Of a DNA stretch of 64,000 nt, positions 14,201 through 24,849 are shown in pieces. The notes beneath the pieces were generated by a model that saw nothing but the letters and a program-made list of their open reading frames with translations, made no database searches and was not told the origin of the DNA. A program made the translations under genes and the position numbers. Positions within the stretch are counted from its first letter, which is position 1; each line of letters opens with the position of its first letter. The stretch is from Blasia pusilla (taxonomy: Eukaryota): the NCBI GenBank assembly GCA_050084515.1, contig CM114271.1, positions 24,738,001 through 24,802,000 on the forward strand, read 5' to 3'.

Positions 14201-17200
14201 GAGCAAGTAAGCATCAGATACAAGCTAACATGCGCACACAACTCTGGGTAAGATATGTTGGCAGTCAAATAACCATTCCATCAGTGTGCTTATGCCAGAG
14301 GCACAATCAGGTATGTGATCTGAAAGTTATGGCCAGATATGCAATTTTAGAGTGACACGCGACAGATGACTGAAACTCGATTAATATTTTAACGTGCAGT
14401 TGAATAAAGAATCTAGCAGATTGTTATACCGATCCTTGCATACGTCAATCAAGAACCAGATAATAGGGATCGGCAAGATCCTGTAACTGCTCTGCGAGAA
14501 TGACGTAGACATCATTCTTTCAGGGATGTTGGGAATAGCATGATGAACTTGAGATCTGTTATGTATAAATTCTGCTTGAAAGAAGAATTCTAAGCCTCAG
14601 CATCAGCTTTGTTTTCTAAGTCAGAGTGGGACAACTGATTACTCGCCAGGGAGCCTTGCCTGAAAGTTATGCTGCTCGGTATCACATGCCGAAGTGCCCT
14701 CACAACCCAAACATGAGGCAAGTCCAACAGCACCTATTATACCCATTCTTCTATACTTGGGATCTGGGTTTGAAATCTGGTTGTTGCAATAAACCCACGC
14801 AATGTTAGGGCTCTATCATGTACATGATCGCAATTTGGATGTGAATACAACTGCATTATCACAATTCTACTGTTACGAAGTAGCTAACTCAAGCAGGCTC
14901 GCTCTGCATGTAGTGGTTGGGAAGATTAACTACTATGCTGAAAATAAAACTAAGATTGAAACACTATAGTAAGCTTGTATGTACATGGGCTTGAAAAAGA
15001 TTTAAGGATCGGAACAAAATGTCACCTGTTTCCGGATGATGATAAGGAGCTCATTGGCTATAGTGGATCCGCTTGAGGAGCCACCTGAAGACCAAACTGT
15101 GACTGCTAGCTGGCTGAATATTTTATATACCTGAAAAATGCAATTCATCCCTTTTCAAGTTTCGAATTGAAATTTACAGCGTCTACAAATCTTCACATTC
15201 AGGGATATCTTGTAGATGTTGGAACTGAAAATGAACCATCAACCCGTACTGCAGATACAAACAGCACTACGATTTGAGTACCGCGAAAGTAGTTGCTTTT
15301 CTCTGTACCTGTGGTATGATCGAATGTTCTAGCGAAAGTAACCACCAATATGAAGAGACTTAACTTCGCGGGTCACATTTCACCTCTACAAGAGATTCAG
15401 GCGTACCTGATGTAGATGGCTGTCCTTGAAAGCCTCCAGATAGTCCAGTACTCCTGCAAGTGGACCGACCAGTTGAGAAAAGTCACATCAGCATTTCTTG
15501 GGATCAGCCGTAGTTACTTAGTACGGAAGATGAATAACACACCCATCAACTGGGCCCTACAAAATGCGTGGCAAGTTGAACAATTGTGAGCCACTCCCCA
15601 CATTTGTTCAAGAACTCATCAATCATCCCAGAAATTGCTCTGGCATCGGAATCCTGAATCGAAGTGATCAAGGCACAGACTCTTCCAGCAAACATACTAT
15701 CGGCCCTACAACGCTTGGACGTTTCCTTGACTAAATGAAAAAAAAAGGTAGATGGCACCATCACAAACACAATACATGATGGTTTTGAGAAGCGCTAATG
15801 TGGTTGGGTGTTGCAACAAACCATTAATGAATGAAGAGATAGGAAGCAGTTCTCCGGAATATTTGGTTGCAAACAAAAGCAGAGTCTCCAATGCTGCTCC
15901 AATCTCATGTGAAATACCAGAGCCAGTGTGCGTGATCAGTGCCCCCAACACCTGAGTTGAATTGAACGCATACAGAATTGTTGGGTGTTATAAGTATCGT
16001 TAGGGATAGAAACCGAAATTCTCTTGGTTAGTAAAACCTATGACTTTGGCATGGCACATCAACCATATCCTTGATAGTCATAATATTCAGTTAAGAGGTC
16101 CTTTATTGCATTTTTGCATTTCATTACCTCCTGGAGAAACTGACAAAAAGGATTCAGCCAACATTACATTACTAGTCATCTCAGTGGACCTACACAAGTG
16201 ATCGTACCTAAAATCTGGATCAATTTCAAGCATAAGCAAACTCCATCTCTTTAGGCACACTGTTGTTCAATGACACCAACTTCCGGCATGAAAACGAACT
16301 AGGGCAACCAGAAATGTAAACACACCTCCTGCCTATAGTATGGCTCCCTAAACTCTTCAAAGAGAAGCTCATAAGCATGTATTCCAAACTGTCTCGCAAC
16401 AAGCTCTTTGCTTCTCAAGCAGGACTCGCTGATACATATCAAAGTTTGAAAATACTCCTGCACTTGTACACATAAGATACGTCAAATGACTCTACGAAAA
16501 TAATTGGAAAGTGTCTCGCATATTCACTGCCTCAATGTGAAATTTAATTGAGCTGGAAAATCCTAGAAAGTCTCGCTGTGCTTTCTGATGAGCAATTACT
16601 TCGCGTTCATGCAGAGGTAATGATTTACTTATACAGCATCTTATCATATTACTCAATAGTGATAGTGAGTGGAAACCGTATAGCCATTTCCAGTGCATAA
16701 GGGAGTTTTTAGAATGAAATGGAGCTGTATGAAGGTAAACTTTCAGGAACAGTTTTTTCGGGGGCACTAACCTGTAAAGAATCTCCACGGTTTTGAATGC
16801 ATTGCCTCAGTAGGGACTTACTGATATCCCCACAAACTATCTTCCTTATCAATAAAAGGTCAGCCAATTTCCTTTGTGGACCCCCGTTGGCATGGATGAT
16901 GAGCAATAACCAGACGTCTACGACCTTGTGATTTTCTTCACCTTCTATACCTCGAATTTCCTTCAGAAAGGCTTCAAGGATTAACTGTAAACAGAAAACC
17001 AACTCGTAATTAGCAAACTCATGATTCTTAATATGTTATCGAACCACGATCTTGAAGAATGAATTATCGTGAGATGCATCAAAAGTCACGCTGAAGTACG
17101 AAATATTCAGTCATACACCTCGTCTGCTTTCCTACAGCGACGAAATGATACTGTAAATCACCGTGCTTCAATTCCAATGAGAGCAAAAATTGATAGGAAT

Positions 17201-19346
17201 TGACTGTCTGAACTCAGAAATGTTTGATCGCCAGACCCACATTTTGGAATCGTAGGCCTGAACGGATGGCCTCCAAGACCAAGGCCTCGCAGTTTGTGGC
17301 TGTGGACTTGCCCTTGAGTTTGCGATCTGGCTTGCTCATTCGCACATCAGTTACTGAAACGAAGTGGAGATTCTCTCGGAGCTCATGGACTACTTGCTTG
17401 ACATTGGTTGCCGTAGCTGACTGTAGCAGAAATTTTACAACAAGGGGCAAGTCTTCCGCATCCGCCGATCTTAGACTGGATAGAGCAAGAGCAATTACCT
17501 GGCAACAATCAGTTGAATATAATCCTCATTAGTAGGCCACACTGATGACTATCTCCACATTCACAAACAACGCAGTCATCAGCAGTGTTGTGGTGGATGG
17601 GCCAATCTGTTTAAAAAGAGTAAAAAAAAGCATACGAAAATTGTTGGCTATCCGAGAAATGGATAAAGATCTATTCGTCACCCCTGTAAGAAATTCGTAG
17701 ACTATTACCAACTCCTCTTTAGTTGTTTGCTTGTAACAAAGTCCACGTATGCGGAACCTGGAAATGAGCCTTATAAGCCAGTTTAAACGTCCAGAGAGAT
17801 CAGCGAAATGTCCTTACCTGTTCAAAGAGGGTCTGATCCAAGTTAAAGCTCGAGAACGCATCGAGGACTGGCACAATCAGCTGTAAATCGTCCTGCAACA
17901 TTTGTTCGAGTGACTGCACGACCATCTCGTGGTCTGCGTCCACGATTACCTCAGGCAGAAAACTGATGATTTCCTTCTTCAAACCTAGAGGACAGATAGA
18001 AAGAACCTCCAATAGCTTCTCGGTCAGAGTTCGACTATCAACTAGAAATTCAAGCCAGCGAAACTGGCTCAAAATAAGCCTGGGAATACTCTCCATCAGA
18101 GGAGGAAGAGGTCCCAGGTTGTCATTCTCCAGCTCGCCAACGTACTCCGGGAGTTTCTCAAGCAGACTAGCTGCAACTGCCGACTGAATTGGTCCAACTG
18201 ACAGCAACACTCTGGCAAGACTGTCACAAGAACGCATGGTACCGTTCCTTCCAGCTGTTGACATAGGCAATAGCGTCCTGCTCCAATCACACAAATACTC
18301 CATCATATTTTCTCTCAGAGAATCCTAATTCCTTTACAATTCATGGTGTAACATCTTGTGTATGCAGAGGCAGAGCAATGAAACGAAAATGAAGGCTGAT
18401 GCTAGTGATGAGAATCTCGAAGGCGGGCTCATTTTGGAATCGCGGAGAGTAGTTCAATGTGAAAGGCCCTTTTCTCGTTCAACATATAAGACTGCTTAGG
18501 GAAGTTATCAAGTGATCAAGACCATCTTCTCGGACTAGGTCCTAATCGTTGATGTTTACTATGGGCATTAACACGAGAATCAAACGATCTGTTGATCTCG
18601 TGATTTCTTACTTAGTCCTATCGTTTTGAAGAACGGGGACCTTCCTTAGGCTTATGACATCCCTCCAGGCATGGCTCATCCCCTAATTACCTCTACACCA
18701 TGATCGAACCTTACTAAAGAGTTGAATGTGGAGCTAAACCTTGAGCGACGAAAGTTCCAACGCAGGGAGTGTCACAATTCCCAATGGGTTCGAAAAGAAA
18801 GCTACCAACTGCGTTGCGGTCCTGAGTCACTTGGCAGGTTTAAATTCAAATTCAAGTTGAGCGCTTCATCAGAGTCCGACAGAGAAATGTACAATTCCTT
18901 GCGGCTGATGCGATAAAAATTTCTTTATGAAGCTCCTACATGGCACTTTTCATGCCCCTTGAAACTGAATTCTAAATTGCGTCCAATGAGGAATACAAAG
19001 GAATGTGATCCTCGATATCTCCTTGTGCTATTTGTGTAACCAATGAGTTCGGCTCAACTGACCTCCGGAGATTGCTCTCCACATTGATGAAGAGCTGGAA
19101 GCACCCCAAAAAACTTGTAGCAAGGCTTGGATCTGGCTTGAGACGCTGCTCTAGATGTTGTATCACATTGCGAGGGTCACAAGCCAAAACGGGAGGCCCG
19201 GGCCCTTTGAGCGAACATGTAGCACTGAACAGCACCGACTGGAAGACATCTAATTGTGATTGAGTCGAACGATGCCGGACGGGCGAAACGCTCACGGTGA
19301 AGTCGGACGGAACTGGTCGCTTTTTTGATCCCACTGAAGGCGTCAT
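5288..19346 (-). CDS. FANCD2: Fanconi anemia group D2 protein homolog, about 31 exons
   Basis: Exons joined by eye at GT-AG sites give plant FANCD2 motifs: GPPVLACD..NLRR (19346-19063), LLEKLPEY..PRLILSQFRWL (18277-17818), ANELLIIIRKQ (15130-15026), WMNLDGDVSPI, GSIDALLGCP, QRWKFRPL, LQKATRIIQTLCSEAK, KRSMERFLF..FWMG (to 5625), and NLKHRDLQGHEISSQ plus an acidic tail (5439-5288, TAG). Confidence 0.95.
13519..13546. repeat. Interstitial plant telomeric repeat (CCCTAAA)x4 in a FANCD2 intron
   Basis: Four perfect CCCTAAA units. Confidence 0.9.
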
Positions 19347-20339
19347 GCCTTCTTAAGTAATTTTTCAGTGCGGCAGAGCATATGTCAACAATGATCGTTC
19401 ACTCCTTCCTCCACCAGAGCTACAAAAGTGGTCAAAATGATTTTCACATAATCAGTCAAGATCCGTGTCAATCATAGGAGAACCCTGTCTAGTTCAATTT
19501 GGCATGATTGAACCTCGGCGAAGATCTCCCTGTCCTTCCTTCACTCGAGTCACTTTTTTAGAGCTCAAAAGGATGCTTTCAAGCATTCACTCAGCCTCTG
19601 TGCCAATCGTAATATCGTTGATGGCTCAACAATTCACCGGACTACACTGATAAGCTCAAAAATTCCCTCCAAGGCATCCGCCGCGCATTCTTTTGAATCG
19701 CATCAGTGTCGTGAAAACCTCTAGTTCTGTTTCATGAATCGTCAACTGCAATCAGCGTAATTCAAAGAACCTCAGCTCCTTTCAGCAGAATTCCGCGCTG
19801 AACCGTACGAAGGTGCTTTCCACAACCTACGGCTGGCCCGTGTACCTGTGATCCACAATTCAATTTAGCATCCGTAAACGCCAACAACGAATCCTCTCTT
19901 TCCTTGACCGGTGCGCGGTATGTTAGCGGAATGAAAACATCCTCGAAAAAATCGTAAAGAGCTGTCCGCGCTTAATAGAAGATATTCATGAACAAGGAAT
20001 GTGACACGCTTCCTTCCTCTCTATCCATTCAACAGAACTCCCTGCTTTCAAATTAAAAAACTTCATCCATCCAGGTAACTGACCTATGTCAGCAACCATC
20101 GCGTACACAAATTCGTCTGCCACCTGAAGACCATCATCGGTGGTCATTGCCTTCGCTCGCGGATTTGCTGTTCTATCGACCACTTGTGGAAGTCAAACGG
20201 TTCATACTTCCCGCCATACTTTTCGTGTTGGCTCAGACGTGAACTCGTAGAGAAGGATCCCTTCCGTTCGTGTGGGATGTTTACAAACAGTAGAGAAATT
20301 CGGAAACCATAAGCGGCCGAGGACCTAGCGTTGGAGCCA

Positions 20340-20602
20340 CTAGTGCCCAAATCTATATAAGAGCGCGATATTCCACGGAATAACGGGCACTTACGTAAAA
20401 TGAAGCGAGTATGTTTCTAAAAATAGTAAGGAAATAAAAAAACTTTTTTATTTCCCGTGCGTGGGAAATAAAAAAACGCACGGGAAATAAATAAAAAATT
20501 GATGCCCGTAGCGTATGAAATATATATATTTGGTCGAGTTGTTACATGTTAAGCATATAGGTGTTTGCAAATCAAGAAGGCACTCTCCCATAATAATATA
20601 GA
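20340..20602 (-). mobile_element. Non-autonomous mini-Helitron (internally rearranged)
   Basis: The minus-strand 5' end A|TCTATATTATTATGGGAGAGTGCC closely matches the copies at 22223 and 32936. There is a cccgtgcgt/acgcacggg hairpin. The probable CTAG|T end is at 20340 and is less certain. Confidence 0.65.
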
Positions 20603-21241
20603 TGGTGAGAGTGAGAGTCCTTCGTTATAATCCACGTTCTTGTATTTCCTACGATTATTATTTTTGGGCGTAAGAAAGCAATGATGTCGTGTGAAACCTT
20701 CTAGGTCCGGTTGTTATTTGAAAAAATCCAAGTTTTGGTCGATGGTGCAAAATAAGGGAATGACGTGATAGGGAAGGAGACCGACGCCTTTCCGAAAGTT
20801 CCGGATGAAACCGTCGGCTGTTACACCCAGATAAAGTTTCTTGGGATCGCGTGCGATCCCAAGAATCTTTGCCATGGAATCAAACCCTAATTAGAGCAGG
20901 GCCCCATGGATTCCAAAGGTCGCGCAGATACTAACCCCGAGTTCCTGCACTTGACGGATGGCATTTTCAGTTGCCTACACCCGACGTTCAGGTAAGTGTG
21001 CCAGAAACGGTATGGAAGTATGGAAGAAGAAGTATGTAACCGACTGGCACACTATTGGGTTGAGGGATTGTAACCAAATCTGGAACCTGTTGAAGTCCTT
21101 CCCCAACCCAAGGACGACCTTCGCCAATTTCGCGCCGCGAGTTTTCGGCCCGCGAAAGGACGAAGGACCATTCTTTGGTCCTTGAAATCATTACCGTTGC
21201 ATGTGAATAGTAGGCAACCTGTAACCTAATAAAACCTCCAT

Positions 21242-21548
21242 GAAGACCCCTTCCTCTTGTGATGGCACGTGTAACAAAGATTTGAATTAACATAATATAA
21301 CAAGATACCTAAACAAGATGCTTTTCTCACGGGTGATTTTCACCCATGCATAACACGGGCATTATATTATTATTATTTTAACTTTTTTCTTGCTCATTCT
21401 TCTTCTATCCATCTAAAGAGACTAGAATAATGTCCATGTTATGCACGAGTGAAAATCATCCGGGAGAAAGGAATCTCCTTCGTTAAATTAAGTTATATTA
21501 TGTTAATTTAGCTTGTTACACGTGTCATCACCAAAGGAAGGGATCCTC
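21242..21548. mobile_element. Foldback MITE with ~125-bp inverted arms, Mutator-like
   Basis: cccttcctcttgtgatggcacgtgtaacaa... pairs with ...ttgttacacgtgtcatcaccaaaggaaggg. The 9-bp flanks aacctccat and aaaccccat match at 7/9, consistent with a decayed 9-bp TSD. Confidence 0.8.
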
Positions 21549-22053
21549 AAACCCCATCCTCTTTTAAATATATAGATATTGAATAGAGTTTCGCGTTGAG
21601 TTATTAATAATTTGAAATAAATTTCACAACAAAATTGATTTTGTATTGATTTATTGCCGATTAATAGTTTCAAAAAAGTCTTACACGAATGCTAATGGTA
21701 GGTCAAATGTGAATGGATGGTAATGTGCATAGTTTCCAATCATTTTGGATGGACATATTGATGTCAGTGCTTGTGCACATTGTAATGCCACCGAGATGCA
21801 TTGAACAAAATTAGTAATGACAACGAAGATAGAAGGATTCCGAGAAGGAATGAGTTGATAAGACTCCGAGAAGGGGTGAGTTGATAATCTTCCAGGGCAA
21901 TCGTGAGCACATAATTTCACGAGAATATTAAAAGATACACAAAAACTTCCACTATAAAATAAATAAATTCATTTTCACATCTCACTTGTCGTGCGCATAC
22001 ACACCATTGTCACCGAATATATACACAAACATAAAAGATGTCATACTAACTTA

Positions 22054-22223
22054 CTAGTGTACAACTTGTGCCATGCACATGAGTAAAGGGACTAACCATG
22101 CCGTACAAAAAAAAATTTCTTGCTGCACGTAGTATGAGAAATATTTTCTTGCTGCCCAATTGCCATATGTCAAACAAACATGTGTTTGCAAATCACGAAT
22201 GCACTCTCCAATAATAATACAGA
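22054..22223 (-). mobile_element. Non-autonomous mini-Helitron (170 bp)
   Basis: 5' TCTGTATTATTAT, a gtgc/gcac hairpin near the 3' CTAG, inserted between A and T. Confidence 0.8.
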
Positions 22224-22244
22224 TGGCTTCTAAACATCAAGATG

Positions 22245-22654
22245 ACCGAGTACTATAATATCTCCAAACACCCAAATATCTCTCACACTAATCATCTTTC
22301 TCTCATGTCAAACCAAACCCTCTCTCCTAATGAGAGATTTGGATTACTCACAAGGTAATGAGGACCATAGCTCTACCACCTCCAAGAGGTCCAACAAAGA
22401 GAATATGAACTTCAAAACTCTCTCTCCTTGGGTATACCCCCTTCCCTCTCCCAAATTCTCTCTATGGTAACCTATGCTCATAGCTTACGTCCTAGGCTCT
22501 TGACCTGTTGTAGGGGATCAAGGACTAGTTACCAAAGTGGAGATTCAACTCTACTTTTAATGGTAACTTACGCAAAGTAGCAAGTTTCTCTATATAGCTC
22601 CAAATGAGCCAAAACAAAAAGGAAACGTGCTTTATCATATTACCTAAGGCCTCA
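22245..22654. mobile_element. LTR-like fragment, inverted homolog of about 36996-37578
   Basis: Shared blocks in reverse complement: ctctcatgtcaaaccaaacc, ggtatacccccttccctctcccaa, ggctcttgacct, ctccaaatgagccaaaac. Confidence 0.75.
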
Positions 22655-23080
22655 AGAAGTCACCCTTGACTTCTTGATATTGTCCCCCAATATCCTCGAA
22701 GGCGCTCTTCCAAAACTCATCAATCTATCATAAAAGACGCAACACATTACATAACTTAACTTCTTGGTTCTCGTTGTTGCATCGGTCGTGAAACCTATAG
22801 TATGTCCAACCCAACACACCCAATTAGAACGTATTGGATCAATAATCATCACATCATCCAATAGATGACAACAACATTGGGACAAAACAAGATCAACTCT
22901 TTGCGTAGAGATCAACTTCTTTTCTTGTGAAGTAGAAGGTTGAACATGTAGCTATTGTTGCCTAATAGTGTTCCATACAACATGAGCCATTAATGTTACT
23001 ACCTCTCTGACTTCATCATGGATCTTTTTTGTTCTACATCATGAGCACATCAGAGAATGTGGATACCCTTTGCATGAATG
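22655..23080 (-). pseudogene. Fragment of an RLE-type (CRE/NeSL/R2-like) non-LTR retrotransposon: zinc-knuckle remnant and restriction-like endonuclease
   Basis: GIHIL*CAH..(frameshift)IHDEVRE, then RVDLVL..LLDDVMIIDPIR..GF..ATTRTKKLSY..FGR. This resembles the H-x3-C/RHD plus PD..D..K..Y RLE signature. Confidence 0.6.
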
Positions 23081-24464
23081 CAAAGGCTCTATATGTTTGA
23101 TTTTCCGATGTAGATGCAAGAGTGGGCTTGGTCATGTGAACAATTTTTACATTGATTTTACATGAGAAAGATGCAAGGGGCGGGGGGAAGGTTTTGTATG
23201 CAGGTAGGCAAGCAAGTTGCCTTGGTGGGGAGCCCGTGAACATGCATGTGTGCATTGATGCTTGTCATTTTTCACATGGAAGGTCGAGCACGGAAGTGAT
23301 GTCCATTTTTCTGTTGACGGGGAACAACACCAGAGTGTAGTGCGGAGTGTGGCGTCGACGTGTTAGTAGTGTATACGTATGTCAAGAAAGAGAGGAAGGA
23401 GCATTTTAGGTCTTGTTGCCGCCGAGGGGTTATCAAGTAAAAGGCAGCTTAGGTTAGGTTGTAACCACTTAGGTGAGATTGTACACACTAGGTGACGGGA
23501 GTTACAACAGAATACAATCGTGAAGTGGCATTTGTAGATAGGGTCTACATAGAGCTTATACGGGAAGAACATGGTCAATACGTAGCCCCTGAGCGCAAGT
23601 ATATGGTGAGTGGAAAATGGATTGGGAGGGATTCCAACAACGGAGAATCACATGTAAGCGTACATGTGAGATGCATGAGATGGAGGCGTGCACGAGTCAA
23701 GGCTGCAAGGGCTACAAAGGCGCGCAAAGTGAAGGCGGGTTGGACACGAGGCACGTAAGGGTAGGAAGGAGCACGCGCGCAAAGGGCGACGTGCCCTAGT
23801 TTGAGGAAGAAAGCAGGTAGACGGGGACGGGAGATCTGTTTCCGGCTAGCCATGCCAGAACAAAAAAGGCTTAACGGAGACAATGATGTGGATGCCTTGC
23901 ACGTGGGTAAGTCGAGGAAGTCTACAGGGAGGCATGCCGGTGGAGTTTAGGAAGAGCCACGCTAGTGGCAGGTAAGGTCGAGGAGATAGGGGTAACACAT
24001 GAATAGAGGATTGCATGTGTGGTCGGTTGTACCAGTAGTAAGGATGGACATGAGCAAGCTGCAAAGGGATGTGGGTCTGGGACGTCCATGAGAGGATATG
24101 ATGGAGGTGTGAGCCTTTGGAGCACCTCTCTTACACGTGTGTGTATAGGAACTAGGGTGTTAGCGTTCGGATTCCCTCACAACGGAGGGTGGATGTGGCT
24201 TGCTATGTTGATGTAGATTCATGAGTGGATTTGGACGTGTGAGCCATTTTTTCTCTGATTTTACATGAGAAAGATGGCTTGGGAAAGTCGTGAACGTTAT
24301 TTTTGGTGATTTCCCTATTTTGGTCTTTGGCAGCCAGATGACCTCCGGACCGGGTCAAGGGTCATCCGACAACTTGTGCACGTAGGTTACCGGTGGGATG
24401 ACTTTTTTGGGGGGAAGAGCTTTCTAGCTCTTCTTAAGGCTATAAGAGAGGGAGACATGGCACA

Positions 24465-24580
24465 ATGGACCCGCTGCCAACCTCATCCGACACCTCAAGA
24501 CAAAGTAACATCCAAAAATCCCTCTAACTCCCTATGTCGTTGACGTGGTAAAACTCTACATGTCGCTAACTAAGATGTGA
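24465..24580. repeat. ~118-bp dispersed repeat, copy 2 of 3
   Basis: atggac..aacctcatccgacac..ctctacatgtcgctaactaagatgtga. Confidence 0.85.
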
Positions 24581-24849
24581 TATTGCACTAGGCCTAAGAG
24601 AATTTTATAAGATATGATATGGAATAATATACTAAAATTGAATAATTAGTCTGAATAGAGAGTGACTTTACAAAGAAGAAATCCATCCACACATCAAATC
24701 CCTCATTGTGCGCTTGCACAATGTATGATATCAAAGGAATCCCTAGTGTAGAAAGGGCTAAGTAAGAATTTCTTTATAAACAACATTATGTGTGAATACG
24801 TTTGGTTTGTTTTGTGACCCACTATGACCCAACATAATCTTAATGGCAT

